DNA from: Christensenellaceae bacterium
Lineage (GTDB): Bacteria; Bacillota; Clostridia; Christensenellales; UBA1242
DNA: 40,523 bases
NCBI GenBank assembly: GCA_031255215.1
Contig: JAIRSY010000065.1
Coordinates: 1-40,523 of the forward strand
Direction: 5' to 3'
Positions 16,825 to 27,712 of this stretch are shown in pieces (the stretch's first letter is position 1; each line of letters begins with the position of its first letter). The notes beneath the pieces are model-generated. The model was not told where the DNA came from and made no database searches. It was given only the letters and a program-made list of their open reading frames with translations. The translations under genes were made by a program, and so were the position numbers.

Positions 16825-19470
16825 ATGTCATTCGATGCGATATCTTCTCTTGCAAGCGTTTTGCCCGAAATTGGTAAAGTTCGTGAACGTACCAAAGAGT
16901 TGAGCATAGAAATGGAAAAGATGTTAAACTTGCTCAATATAAAATCTTCCGAAGTTCTGCCGGATTCCGCTTCTTCACTCTCTCGGTCGGAAAATCCAAA
17001 AAGAATAGAGCTTGAAAATTTGATAAGGCAGCGGGAAGCGGAGCGGATGCGGGCGGAAAATGCGTTTAACGAAAAGAACAATCTGTCGCCGAAGACATCG
17101 GTTGAAACTTCGGCTTCGTCCCAAATTACACCTCCGCCGGTTACAAGATTTCAATCGGCGTCGCAGTCCGCTCCAAGTCAAAATAAACCTCAATTTTCAA
17201 ACGGCGTTCAACCGGCAAAGCCTCAGTTCGTAAAAAATTGGGGAGAAAAAACGAACCGATTCGGGAGACCGTTTGAGATTACACAAAACTATGTTCCTTT
17301 TCAAAGGAAAAAAAATATTGAGACAAGAAATGATTTTGGAAGAAGAAACAATTTCCGTCCGGGGCAACCGTCTTCACCCGGCACAGGGAGCAGGACATTT
17401 ATTCCAAAGCAGGAAAATACCGCGTTTTCAACGGCAAGAAGTTTCGCTTTGCCGCGAACGGAAGCACCAAGTTGGACGCCGAAGGTAAATACCTTCATGA
17501 ATAACAAGAAAAAAGGTTCCTCCGCAATGTTAAATGAGCAGAGGACTCAACTTAATCGCAAACAACTTCTTCGCCGCGGTATTGAAGAAGAAAAGGATAT
17601 CTCGGAAAGAATGCTTACACGCGTTTTCAAAACTAAAAAAGCAAAAGAAAATTCTACGGCGGATAAAAAAGAGAAATCAAAGGTTATTGTAATTGAACAT
17701 GCAAATTTGACGGTAAAGATTTTGTCGGAGAAAATCGGGGAATCCGCTAACAAAATTATAAAACAACTTATGGTCCTGGGTGAAATGGCGGGAATAAATG
17801 ATACAATAGAATGGTCCACGGCGGAACTTGTTGCGGGTGAATTCGGGTATCAATTACAACAAAACTTTAAGAAGACAGGCGAAGAGAAATTGTCCGCGAA
17901 ACAAAAAATAAAGAAGGAGGGCGAGAAATTGCTTGCCCGTCCTCCCGTTGTCGTAATAATGGGTCATGTTGACCACGGAAAAACAACCTTGCTTGACAGA
18001 TTAAGAAATTCAAATGTTGCGGCGGGAGAAAGCGGAGGGATAACGCAGCATATAGGTGCGTATCAAATAACCGTCGGTGACGGCGGCGGCAAAATGCGGC
18101 ATATAACTTTCTTGGATACCCCCGGACATGCGGCGTTTGACAAAATGAGGGCGAGAGGTGCGAAACTTACCGATATCGCAATCTTGATTGTCGCCGGCGA
18201 TGACGGCGTAATGCCGCAAACGGTAGAGGCAATTAAACATATTCAGGCCCAGGAACTTCCAATGATTGTTGCGGTCAATAAATGTGACAAAAAAGAGTTT
18301 TCCCTTGACAAGGTTCGCACACAATTAAGTGAACACGGCGTGATTGGGGAGGAATGGGGCGGAACGGCAATAATCCTCCCTATTTCCGCCGTAACGGGTG
18401 AGGGGATAGATAAACTTTTGGAAACTATTTTACTTGTTGCCGATATTAGTGATTTGAAAGCCGATTTCGAAAAAGAGGCTTTTGGAACGGTGATTGAAGG
18501 TCGCCTTGACGCAAGTAAAGGGGCGGTCGTTACGGTTTTGGTTCGAAACGGAACACTTCATATCGGCGATACCTTACTTGCCGGCAAAACAAGCGGAAAA
18601 ATAAGGGCGATGGTTGATGATATGGGCAAACCGATAAGGACCGCGACCGCATCTATGCCCGTTCAGGTTATGGGCTTCTATGATGTGCCGAATGCCGGTG
18701 ACGATGCTTTCGTCGTCGATGAAAAACTTTCAAAACAAGTCGTTGCGGAACGAAAAAACAAGGAACAAATAAAACGTGTCAACGCCCAAAAGGGTGCCGA
18801 CTTTGATCCATTTGAAGCAATGGTTGAACGCCAAAAGAAACAACTTAATGTAATATTGCGTGCGGATGTGGTCGGTTCTTTGGAGGCGATCATACAGACC
18901 GTTAAAAACATTACAAGTGACGAAGTGAATGTCCAGGTCATTTCCTCCGGCGTGGGAATGATAAATGACGGCGATGTTGACCTTGCGTCAATCTCAAATG
19001 CCTTATTGATTGGATTTAATACAAAAACTATCCCTACCGCCATAAAAAATGCGGAAAAAAATAAGGTGAAGATTCACAGTTTTAATGTAATTTATGAGAT
19101 TTTTGATTTTGTAACGGAAAATATGGTAAGATTGTTCTCTAAAAAGTTTGAAACCGAATTGATTGGAAAGGCGGAAATAAGGGCACTCTTCAAGAGCTCG
19201 GCAACGGGACAAATTGCCGGCTGTATGGTCCTTGACGGTAAAATCTTGAAGAGCTCCTCCGTCATTGTTAAACGCGGAACGGAAGAAATCGGTAAATATA
19301 AAATTGACAGTATTAAAATTAAAACAAAAGTTGTTGCGGATGTATCAAAGGGCAATGAATGCGGAATTGTCCTCCAAAAAACACCGGAATTGTTTGTCGG
19401 CGATATCCTTGAATGTATCGGCGAAAAGGAATTGCCGGTAATCTTTAACGGAAAGGAGTATAAATTTTAA
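16825..19470 (+). CDS. infB: translation initiation factor IF-2
   Basis: G-domain motifs [17 protein letters not shown] and NKCD. Long low-complexity N-terminal region typical of IF-2. Confidence 0.95.
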   Translation: MSFDAISSLASVLPEIGKVRERTKELSIEMEKMLNLLNIKSSEVLPDSASSLSRSENPKRIELENLIRQREAERMRAENAFNEKNNLSPKTSVETSASSQITPPPVTRFQSASQSAPSQNKPQFSNGVQPAKPQFVKNWGEKTNRFGRPFEITQNYVPFQRKKNIETRNDFGRRNNFRPGQPSSPGTGSRTFIPKQENTAFSTARSFALPRTEAPSWTPKVNTFMNNKKKGSSAMLNEQRTQLNRKQLLRRGIEEEKDISERMLTRVFKTKKAKENSTADKKEKSKVIVIEHANLTVKILSEKIGESANKIIKQLMVLGEMAGINDTIEWSTAELVAGEFGYQLQQNFKKTGEEKLSAKQKIKKEGEKLLARPPVVVIMGHVDHGKTTLLDRLRNSNVAAGESGGITQHIGAYQITVGDGGGKMRHITFLDTPGHAAFDKMRARGAKLTDIAILIVAGDDGVMPQTVEAIKHIQAQELPMIVAVNKCDKKEFSLDKVRTQLSEHGVIGEEWGGTAIILPISAVTGEGIDKLLETILLVADISDLKADFEKEAFGTVIEGRLDASKGAVVTVLVRNGTLHIGDTLLAGKTSGKIRAMVDDMGKPIRTATASMPVQVMGFYDVPNAGDDAFVVDEKLSKQVVAERKNKEQIKRVNAQKGADFDPFEAMVERQKKQLNVILRADVVGSLEAIIQTVKNITSDEVNVQVISSGVGMINDGDVDLASISNALLIGFNTKTIPTAIKNAEKNKVKIHSFNVIYEIFDFVTENMVRLFSKKFETELIGKAEIRALFKSSATGQIAGCMVLDGKILKSSSVIVKRGTEEIGKYKIDSIKIKTKVVADVSKGNECGIVLQKTPELFVGDILECIGEKELPVIFNGKEYKF

Positions 19471-19471
19471 G

Positions 19472-19810
19472 ATGAATGTAATACATAGACAGAGGTTGAC
19501 AAGCGACATTTACCGCGCCCTGTCGACTATGTTGATCGGTTCCGTGACAATCGTAAATGCCGAATTAAATGAAGACGGAAGTGTCGTCAGTTGCTATGTG
19601 GAAGAAAAAAAAGTGCAGGAATTAAATAGAAAAAGCGGGCAGTTGCGATACGAATTGGCAAAGAAGATAAAATTAAGATTCGTCCCGAGAATAGTTTTCC
19701 TTGAAAATAAAGGCGAAAAGAATTATAATAGAGTAGAGGAATTACTTGCCGAGATTCATAAACATGACGGCAAGGCAAACAATGGGGAAGATAAAAAAGG
19801 AGTGTTGTGA
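19472..19810 (+). CDS. rbfA: ribosome-binding factor A
   Basis: Position directly after infB. Pattern RLTSDIYRALSTML...VTIVNAELNEDGSVVSCYV...LRYELAKKIKLRFVPRIVFLEN matches RbfA. Confidence 0.8.
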   Translation: MNVIHRQRLTSDIYRALSTMLIGSVTIVNAELNEDGSVVSCYVEEKKVQELNRKSGQLRYELAKKIKLRFVPRIVFLENKGEKNYNRVEELLAEIHKHDGKANNGEDKKGVL

Positions 19811-20796
19811 TGAACGAAAGAACCGCTCAAATTCAGGCTGTTGTAAAAATCAAGAATATAATCAAGCAGGCAAAAGATATCGCCGTCGTTTCTCATGAAA
19901 ATCCGGACGGTGATGCAATCGGTGCCTTGATTGCAACCGAAGAGATTTTGTCAAACGCGGGCAAGAATGTAAACGTTTTCGTCGCGGGGGCTCTTCCAAA
20001 TAGATTTTTATATATGCCGTTTGTAAACATGATAAATAAGACGGAAATTAAGCCTCACTACGACTGCGTTATTGTTCTCGATTTGTCCGATGAAAACCGA
20101 ATGGGCGAATATAAAAAACTGTTAGATATTTCGCAGAAGGTTATCGTGATTGATCATCATAAAAACCCAAAAATAAATGCGGACGTTTTACTTTCGCTCC
20201 CTCAACTCTCTTCAACTTGTGAGATTTTATACGATTGCCTTGAAATCCTTGATATAAAAATAAACCCCTCCGTTGCAACCGCTTTATATACCGGAATTGC
20301 AACGGATACAGGTTGTTTTTTGTTCTCAAATACAACCGCACATACGCATTATGTGGCGGCGGAATTGCTTAAACAAAATATTGAAATTGAGAAGATAAAC
20401 TTTGTCAATTTTCGTGAATTTGACAATGAAAATGTTACGCCGATGCTTTATGTCATTAAGCACACAAAGTTCGTTTGCGATAAAAGTTTGGCGGTTTTGG
20501 TGCTTCCGTATTCAAAGGTTAAAAAGTGGAACCTATCGCATGACAAACGTCATGGCCTTTTCAAATATGTAACGGATAGAAAAGGGGTTTTGGCATCGGT
20601 TTTCATAACAGAATTGAAAAGAGGAGAATACAATGTTTCGTTTAGAAGTTTGGGCGACATTGACGTCGCAAAGATTGCGGAAATGTTCGGCGGAGGCGGA
20701 CACCGAAACGCCGCCGGTGCAACGGTGAAAGAACCGATTTCTAAAATCAAAAAAACTATTCTAAAAGAATTTGAAACCTTATTATCTAAAAAGTAA
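19810..20796 (+). CDS. nrnA: DHH-family phosphoesterase NrnA (oligoribonuclease / pAp phosphatase)
   Basis: DHH motifs HENPDGDAIGA and IDHHKN, and DHHA1 motif GGGGHRNAAGA. AAGGAG SD before ATG 19810 (the ORF track starts at GTG 19807). Confidence 0.85.
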   Translation: MNERTAQIQAVVKIKNIIKQAKDIAVVSHENPDGDAIGALIATEEILSNAGKNVNVFVAGALPNRFLYMPFVNMINKTEIKPHYDCVIVLDLSDENRMGEYKKLLDISQKVIVIDHHKNPKINADVLLSLPQLSSTCEILYDCLEILDIKINPSVATALYTGIATDTGCFLFSNTTAHTHYVAAELLKQNIEIEKINFVNFREFDNENVTPMLYVIKHTKFVCDKSLAVLVLPYSKVKKWNLSHDKRHGLFKYVTDRKGVLASVFITELKRGEYNVSFRSLGDIDVAKIAEMFGGGGHRNAAGATVKEPISKIKKTILKEFETLLSKK

Positions 20797-20870
20797 AATA
20801 AGGGAAAGTTTTTGTGAATTTGCACCCTTCGTTCCGCTCTCCGCTTCCATTATGTGTGATAAAAATTAAT

Positions 20871-20898
20871 TTGTTATTTTCATAATTATGTTTATACT
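20871..20898 (+). promoter_or_regulatory. possible promoter abutting the start of the giant surface-protein gene
   Basis: TTGTTA (20871-76), a 16-nt spacer, then TATACT (20893-98), then actgttag, then ATG 20907. No SD. Confidence 0.4.
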
Positions 20899-20906
20899 AC
20901 TGTTAG

Positions 20907-23900
20907 ATGGGATTATTACAAAGGTTGAAATCTTTTTTTAATAAACGCAATATTTGGTTGACCGTTGGTACGGCCGTCGCCTTGGTCTCCGTTGCGTTCT
21001 TGATTTTTGTCATACTTTTACCTGCAATGAAACCCGATGAGGATAAGGACAGAAGAAATTATGAACGCGAAATGAAACTTTTCCTTGACGATATCTTGGT
21101 GAAAACTCTTTATGTTGATGATACGGTCACGTTTGACGATGATTATTTGAATGCAAACTTCGTCCTTGACACACTTTATGATGATTATTTAATACAACAA
21201 GGATTGACCGGTAAACCGTATATCGCCTTTTATGGTTGGGAATATGAAAATGCAAATGGCGAAACTCAACAAATCTTATATAGTAACGGAGCTTGGGAAG
21301 TTCCGGAAAATATGAATATTTATGCGTCGGCATATTATGCGATTGTCGATTATAAGGCGATTTCAATATACTTTAAGGAAACTTCAACCGGCTCAAACAT
21401 AGATGTATATAACCCTAATACGGATGAAGGTAATGATGTCTTTTCAAAGTTGAAATATCCTGCACCGATTTATAAAACGTCAAGCGGCGGCAATTTACTT
21501 CTTGACAGATTTGACTGCTGGATACTTAAAGGCGATAAGGGCGAAACGAAGAGGAAGTATTTTCCAAACGATGTGATTGAATTTAGTGCATCTATCTATT
21601 ATCAAAGCGAAACGGTGGCGGGGAATAGTAATCATTGTCTGTTTACTTTTGAACCGCAGTTCTACCCCTCCGCATCCGCAAGAAACTATTATTTAAGAAA
21701 AATCGGTGAGGGTGTCTCGTCTATGTATGAATCAAAATTGGAAAAGATTACCCCGAATAATCCATCCGTGGCAACGGCACAAAATCCGATTGTGTTCGAC
21801 GGTAATGAATTTTCAATATATTCGGATTCAAACGTCATTGACCGTGCCGTCGTATATGATTTAACTACAAATGAACAACAGGTAATTTATTCGGGCAGCA
21901 AACCGTTTAGTGTAGAAGGCGTTGGATCCCATTTACATTCAATCGTGTTCGATGTCTACTACAAGGGGGTCCTTGACGATAGGGATGAAACATTGTCAAC
22001 GAAAGTGTATTTTGATTACGGCAATGATTTTGGTGCCGAGGAAATAACCGCAAATATCTTTGATACTATCAATTTAGCGGACGCAAGAGACCATCACATG
22101 CAGGGTTATTATTTCTATGGCTGGTTATCTTCCGTGGGCAATTCGCATAGGATTTATTTACAAGGCGAGCGTTTCAGGGTTCCCGTCACACCGAAGGGTA
22201 AAATAACCTTTACGGCAATTTGGAATAAAAATGCTTTGAACTTTTTACTTGATTTGAACGGAGGTGAATGGCAAAATGAACCGGAAATGTCGTCTATGCT
22301 TGGTTTCGTAGGTGATACCGTTCGAATTACGCCGACGGAACCGGTTAGATTCGGCTATTTCTTGCACCATTGGCAAACCGACGACGGTGAATCGTATGCA
22401 CCGAATGCCGAAATTACGGTCGGCGGTGAAACGCGTTGGCTTACCGCCGTTTGGGAAAAACAAAACATTATTTTGCAATACACCTATCCCGTCTTTGATG
22501 ATGAAAACATTAAGATGTATAATGTATCCGTCCCAATAAATACTAATAAAAAGATTGGAGAGACATTGACCCTTGCTAGTCCGCGGAACGTAATTGGAAA
22601 TTATAATATTTATATACGGTATTTTGATTTTCAGTATTGGCAAATCGGCGAAGACCTCTACGAACAAAATTACAATTTAGAATTTAGTTTTGAATTTATG
22701 GAGAGCCTCGTTCAAACAAACGTTGCGACCTTTGATAAACTAAATTTCTATATCAAAATAGATTCAAGGCAGCAAAGCAGCATAGTCAAAATAACCGCCC
22801 ATATTCAAAATCCAAACGATAGTGCCTTTACCGACGAAACCGCGGAAATCTTTGCTCCGTATTGGAGAAGTTTTTATGATGTCCTTGGCGAATATACGTA
22901 TTTCCCCGGGTATGACCTATTGGGTTGGGCGTTTTCACCAAATGGAAATATAAAAATTGGCCCGCATTCCTTGGTCGGCCCGGATTCGCCGTCCGTTGAA
23001 ATTTGGCCGATTATTGAAGTTAGAAAATATAAGATTCTTTACGCCGACAATTCCTATTCCGACCCTAATGTGTATTATTTCTATAACAACTTCGACGGAT
23101 TAAATTATCTTTACCCATTGCCGAACAATAATGTCAATGCTTTTTATGGTTGGAGTTTGGAAAGCGATTACGGTTGGTCGCCCGGTATTGAAACTTATGA
23201 ATATGAGGGTGACCCCGATTATAAATATGAACGTGAGACAATGGTTTATGTCTCGAAACTTGAAGCCGATGCGAAAACAATAGGTATAGACTTCCAAAAA
23301 GATGTTGACGGGTTTTACAAGATCAGACTTTATCCAATTTTTTCTGTCTCCGAAGTAAGATTGAACTATGACGAAATGTATTTTGAACCTGTGCCGCTTC
23401 GAAATTCAAAACCAACCTTCTCGCCGAATTATTTGGGCGGTGTGACGGTGGGTGATATGCAGGAGCAGTATTTGAATTACGGTATAAAAACATTGGATGA
23501 CGCCCGGACGGGCTTTATCACACCGTCCGGTAAAACTTTTATCGGTTGGTATGCGGAACAGGTTTCCCACATCGGCGATGCCCGCTTCACAAAGAAATTT
23601 AATTCGCAGTTTAATCCCGGGTTTTCTGTGACCGGTGAAAAAAAGATTTGGTTCGCCGGTGACTACTTGCCAAGTATAAATTATTCGGTCAAATTTATCC
23701 CCGTATACCTTGAAGACCTTGATAATCCGGAGGATATTTTGTATATAAGTGAAAACGTTGTTGAACCGATAATATTTAACGGTCATCATATAGTTTTTGC
23801 GGCAAATGCCCCCGAAATAACACTTGCCCCCGGTGTCCTTCATGCCGACAATGTAAAGGACCTTTACTTGCCCGATAATGTTAATCTATCCGCCAACCCA

Positions 23901-26087
23901 ATGGGGGTTAATGATACAAGGGCTACAATCGGGAAATCGCAGCTGATGCGTTTTATAGTATCAAGGTCGTCCGCATCGTTCGTTCGAAGCAGTAACTATT
24001 TGATTGACGTAAACAACGGTAAACTTATCGCGTTCCCGTCCGCTTGCGATACGTTTGACCCCGCCGGTATTTCTTCCGTCATCGCAAGGGCGTTTGTAAA
24101 TATATCCGGTCTTGCCGATTTGGACTTGACCGGTATTGGAACGGTTGAAGACAACGCGATTTTTCATTCGTCTTCCCTGCAAACAATTAAAACTCCTAAC
24201 TATCATGCCGTCTCCGGTTTTCAAATCAATTTAGAAAGTATCAACGGCAAAGGCGGAGAAATCGTCGACGGAGGCATGTTGGTCTATGTCCTTAATAATT
24301 TTGAAGAAATGTATGTCGACTTGACCGATGGTATTGTCGGTGTAAATAATTACGCTCTGTCCGGAATTGCGGATATGGAACACGTTTTAGGAATCAAAAA
24401 TGAAACACTGAATATAATTTTAAGAAATCAACATTTCGGCGGTGCACAATACGTTCACGATATCCCCATTTTCGTTGCAAGCGAAGAGGCTTTGTCCTCT
24501 TATAATCGTGATGCGGGTGTCGGTACGGCACAAATGTTTACGAAAACTATCACATTTCTTCTTGACGAAAAGGATCCAAACGACGAAAGTGACGATCTGG
24601 TCTATACATGTTCCGTCAATTTTAATGATAATATCTTGTATTTTGAGCCGGAAAATGAAGATGATAATTTCAAAGAACCAATAGACAAGAAATGGTTTGT
24701 CTTCTATGAATGGGACAATGAAGATAACCTGATTTTGGAAGAAAACGGACTCAAAATAACACGCGAAAATGATGACTATTTGATTTCCGGTGCAACCTTT
24801 ATCGCTTCTTGGGATGCAACACCAATACAGTTTTACGGAAGCAGCAACGGCATCGATTACGATATCGAACTTTGTAAAGATATTTATTTGTTGCAACCCG
24901 GCGTCGGTGCGGTCGGCAAAACTATTGACGATTTAAGCCTGAACGAGGACCAAACACTCTCCGTTTACCTTCCCGCCGTTGCCGACGAATATGACGGAAA
25001 TACCGAAAAGCAGTTTATTTATTGGACGGCGTTGCCGAACGATGAAGGACAAATCTATTTTCCTGACGGGAAAAGTTCAATTTCAACGTCAAGGGTTCCT
25101 ACAAAGGAACAAATAAAGCACGGCACATCTCCGCGTAAATTTTATGCCGTTTATGACAATAAAATTACCGCCAACGTCGGCGTGACCTTATCCACCGGGA
25201 CGGCACAGATGATAGATACGAATACTTCCATGACGTCAATTTCAATACCGTTTGCGGTCTTTAATGATAAATATTTTGGTGCCTTGAACGGCGGTTATAT
25301 GGTTCGTGTCGCAAATATAGCAGATGACGGGTTCAAGAGCCTTGAAAATACAACGGACCTTGAAACAATTTATGTCGGCGGAGGCATTTCCCGCATCGGC
25401 AAATCCGCCTTTGAAAATGTAAGTGCAAAAAATGTCATCTTCGGTGAAAAATCATACAAAAATTTTGGACTTATAATCGGCGAAAATGCCTTCTCAAAAA
25501 ATTATAAAGTCGAGGACATTACCCTCCCCGAAAGATTAAAAGAAATTCATAAAGAAGCCTTTTTGGAAAATAAAAAGTTAGAAAGCGTCCTCTACGCCGG
25601 AACATTATTGGATTATGTCGGTGATTTTGCGTTCAAAGATTGTCTTCTCTTGGAATCTAATGAAATTATAAGAGACGGCGGAAGTAATCTTAGAGGCACA
25701 TTTGGGGACGGCGTCTTTATGAATACAAATATGCCGGACGATATTATCTACTCCGGTATTTTGAAGTATGCGGGCGAAGGCGGGGTGTCTCCGCAAATCA
25801 CAATTAACGCCGGCATAATTCAAATTGCACCGTATGCGTTTTCGGGAAATTCATTTTTGACGGGCATTAAAATAACTTCCGTTTCGACCAATGTGAAGCA
25901 ATTTGCATTTGACGGTGTCGGCGGACAATTAAATAATATCGACGTGAGAACAATCCCCCCTACGAATTTTGATACGGGTGCGTTTGATGGTTTGCCCGCA
26001 ACGGTTAAAATTTTGGTTAAAGAAAACGAACGGGCATGGAAGGATAAATTCGGCGGCATTCAAGGACAATTTGAAGTAGTAGAATAA
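20907..26087 (+). CDS. 1726-aa N-terminally anchored cell-surface protein with Listeria-Bacteroides-type repeats and BspA-type leucine-rich repeats
   Basis: N-terminal TM anchor (WLTVGTAVALVSVAFLIFVILLPA). Repeated G(Y/F)xFxGW...W modules (QGYYFYGWLSS...FTAIWNK; FGYFLHHWQTD...LTAVWEK; PGYDLLGWAFS; KTFIGWYAE). Two LRR_5-like blocks (e.g. IADDGFKSLENTTDLETIYVGGGISRIGKSAFENVSAKNVIF...LKEIHKEAFLENKKLESVLY). No LPxTG. Confidence 0.85.
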   Translation: MGLLQRLKSFFNKRNIWLTVGTAVALVSVAFLIFVILLPAMKPDEDKDRRNYEREMKLFLDDILVKTLYVDDTVTFDDDYLNANFVLDTLYDDYLIQQGLTGKPYIAFYGWEYENANGETQQILYSNGAWEVPENMNIYASAYYAIVDYKAISIYFKETSTGSNIDVYNPNTDEGNDVFSKLKYPAPIYKTSSGGNLLLDRFDCWILKGDKGETKRKYFPNDVIEFSASIYYQSETVAGNSNHCLFTFEPQFYPSASARNYYLRKIGEGVSSMYESKLEKITPNNPSVATAQNPIVFDGNEFSIYSDSNVIDRAVVYDLTTNEQQVIYSGSKPFSVEGVGSHLHSIVFDVYYKGVLDDRDETLSTKVYFDYGNDFGAEEITANIFDTINLADARDHHMQGYYFYGWLSSVGNSHRIYLQGERFRVPVTPKGKITFTAIWNKNALNFLLDLNGGEWQNEPEMSSMLGFVGDTVRITPTEPVRFGYFLHHWQTDDGESYAPNAEITVGGETRWLTAVWEKQNIILQYTYPVFDDENIKMYNVSVPINTNKKIGETLTLASPRNVIGNYNIYIRYFDFQYWQIGEDLYEQNYNLEFSFEFMESLVQTNVATFDKLNFYIKIDSRQQSSIVKITAHIQNPNDSAFTDETAEIFAPYWRSFYDVLGEYTYFPGYDLLGWAFSPNGNIKIGPHSLVGPDSPSVEIWPIIEVRKYKILYADNSYSDPNVYYFYNNFDGLNYLYPLPNNNVNAFYGWSLESDYGWSPGIETYEYEGDPDYKYERETMVYVSKLEADAKTIGIDFQKDVDGFYKIRLYPIFSVSEVRLNYDEMYFEPVPLRNSKPTFSPNYLGGVTVGDMQEQYLNYGIKTLDDARTGFITPSGKTFIGWYAEQVSHIGDARFTKKFNSQFNPGFSVTGEKKIWFAGDYLPSINYSVKFIPVYLEDLDNPEDILYISENVVEPIIFNGHHIVFAANAPEITLAPGVLHADNVKDLYLPDNVNLSANPMGVNDTRATIGKSQLMRFIVSRSSASFVRSSNYLIDVNNGKLIAFPSACDTFDPAGISSVIARAFVNISGLADLDLTGIGTVEDNAIFHSSSLQTIKTPNYHAVSGFQINLESINGKGGEIVDGGMLVYVLNNFEEMYVDLTDGIVGVNNYALSGIADMEHVLGIKNETLNIILRNQHFGGAQYVHDIPIFVASEEALSSYNRDAGVGTAQMFTKTITFLLDEKDPNDESDDLVYTCSVNFNDNILYFEPENEDDNFKEPIDKKWFVFYEWDNEDNLILEENGLKITRENDDYLISGATFIASWDATPIQFYGSSNGIDYDIELCKDIYLLQPGVGAVGKTIDDLSLNEDQTLSVYLPAVADEYDGNTEKQFIYWTALPNDEGQIYFPDGKSSISTSRVPTKEQIKHGTSPRKFYAVYDNKITANVGVTLSTGTAQMIDTNTSMTSISIPFAVFNDKYFGALNGGYMVRVANIADDGFKSLENTTDLETIYVGGGISRIGKSAFENVSAKNVIFGEKSYKNFGLIIGENAFSKNYKVEDITLPERLKEIHKEAFLENKKLESVLYAGTLLDYVGDFAFKDCLLLESNEIIRDGGSNLRGTFGDGVFMNTNMPDDIIYSGILKYAGEGGVSPQITINAGIIQIAPYAFSGNSFLTGIKITSVSTNVKQFAFDGVGGQLNNIDVRTIPPTNFDTGAFDGLPATVKILVKENERAWKDKFGGIQGQFEVVE

Positions 26088-26096
26088 TAATGAGAC

Positions 26097-26921
26097 TTAG
26101 CGGAATTGTCCGGCAAGCCGGGAACGTCTTATGCCGCAAAGGTATTTGCATTGAAGCCTTCCCGATAAAACTATTACCTCGTCTCCGCCACTTCTTTCCG
26201 CACCCTTGAATCGTTCGTTGTCCGTTAAATCAATAAAAAAACAATCCATGCAAACCCTCCCTATCACCTTGCATCTTACTTCGTCAACAAATACATATTT
26301 TTTAATCCTTGCAAAGTCATAATACCCGCCGTCAACAACACCGATTTTCATGTCTCTCTTCGCAACATATTTGTATCCAATAAAGCCGCCCTTTTTGATG
26401 TCGTGAACGGCAATAATGGTGCTTTTGACAATGACCGCTCCGTAATACATCGCTTTCCCTATCCTTAAAAAATCGTATTTATATTGCGGACTGTCGCTGC
26501 AACCGGCATGCACCTTCCCGTTCGGGTTGATTCTTTTGTAATGTTGTATGAATTTTTGAAAAATCTTGTCCTGTCTCCCATTATCAACATTTGCAAAATG
26601 AGTATAAACGCTCTTGACCTTTGTTAAATCCTTCCTTATAAATTCATTAAAATCATTTATTCCAAATCTATTAAGTCCGGTATTGATTTTCAAGTGTTCG
26701 GCGGAGTTTAATAAAATTATCTCCTTGTTGGTGATTTTTTTAAGTTTATCATATTCGCTTTGTTTTGAAACGGCAAACGATTGCACATAATCTTCAATAA
26801 CCGGAACAATATTTTCTATCCCAAGTCCGTATGCGTCCGCCTTTAATATTGCACAAATGGCGTGATTGAACTTCTGTATGTTCTTCACAATTTGTTTTGT
26901 ATCCACAAGAAGTGTCGGCAT
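26097..26921 (-). CDS. alr: alanine racemase, unusually short form
   Basis: PLP-Lys motif AILKADAYGLG, plus HLKINTGLNRFG, YTHFA, RIGKAMYYG, IGYKY and GRVCMDCFFIDL, all in canonical order. It is 274 aa against roughly 370-390 for typical Alr (from memory). Confidence 0.75.
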   Translation of the reverse strand: MPTLLVDTKQIVKNIQKFNHAICAILKADAYGLGIENIVPVIEDYVQSFAVSKQSEYDKLKKITNKEIILLNSAEHLKINTGLNRFGINDFNEFIRKDLTKVKSVYTHFANVDNGRQDKIFQKFIQHYKRINPNGKVHAGCSDSPQYKYDFLRIGKAMYYGAVIVKSTIIAVHDIKKGGFIGYKYVAKRDMKIGVVDGGYYDFARIKKYVFVDEVRCKVIGRVCMDCFFIDLTDNERFKGAERSGGDEVIVLSGRLQCKYLCGIRRSRLAGQFR

Positions 26922-26926
26922 AATTT

Positions 26927-27712
26927 TTATATGAAAAAAACGTAAATGATTGATAAAACCGCCGTTGCGAACAAGGCATTAAGAAATTTATAAAAAAAAT
27001 AATATTTCCAATCAATGAAATCTTTTATGAAAATTCGGGATTGAAATCCGACCGAAATTCCGCCGAATGAAACTAAAAAACAAGCCAAAAAAATATTTGA
27101 TGTTTTGGAAAGTCCCGTCGTCATCTCTAAAATTCCTGATAAAAATGGAGACAGGCCAAGGAGGCTACTCCCGACATAAAAAAGAAAAATAATTCCGCAT
27201 ACGTTTAATATTGATTTTATACATTCAAAAAAATTAAATTGTATCCTGTCGAAATTATCTATCGCTTTCTTGTCATTTTCTCTTTTTCCCATTAAAAGTA
27301 ATCCCGTGAAAATTGCCCCCGAAATATGGGACACAAAAATCAAAACTCCCGCTAAAATTGAATTTAAGAAAATTCCGCCCACCGTTGCAATGACGAATAT
27401 CGGCGATGCGGTGCTTGTGTAACTGCTTATATGTCTTGCCTTTGCCGTTGAAATCATTGAGTGTTTGTGTAAGATGTTCGTGATTCTTGCACCGTTTGGA
27501 TATCCGGTCAATAGGGAAATAAAGAAAACATTGTTTGTCTGCGTGATTAAAATGCCTGAAATTACAAAAAACGGAAATAAAATCGGCAAAACACTCTTGT
27601 AAATTAAATTTAATGCCTCCCGCCCGGATTGTATGAAAATCTCTATCTTCAAAAAACAAATTGTCATAAATAATATACAAATAATAATTGTTGAAATCTT
27701 TTTCAGTTTCAT
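26927..27712 (-). CDS. YlbJ-like sporulation integral membrane protein (nucleoside-recognition/Gate domain), short form
   Basis: Polytopic membrane protein. VLPILFPFFVISGIL...LLTGYPNGARIT...SPIFVIATVG resembles the YlbJ family signature. It lies 5 nt upstream of alr on the same strand. Confidence 0.6.
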   Translation of the reverse strand: MKLKKISTIIICILFMTICFLKIEIFIQSGREALNLIYKSVLPILFPFFVISGILITQTNNVFFISLLTGYPNGARITNILHKHSMISTAKARHISSYTSTASPIFVIATVGGIFLNSILAGVLIFVSHISGAIFTGLLLMGKRENDKKAIDNFDRIQFNFFECIKSILNVCGIIFLFYVGSSLLGLSPFLSGILEMTTGLSKTSNIFLACFLVSFGGISVGFQSRIFIKDFIDWKYYFFYKFLNALFATAVLSIIYVFFI

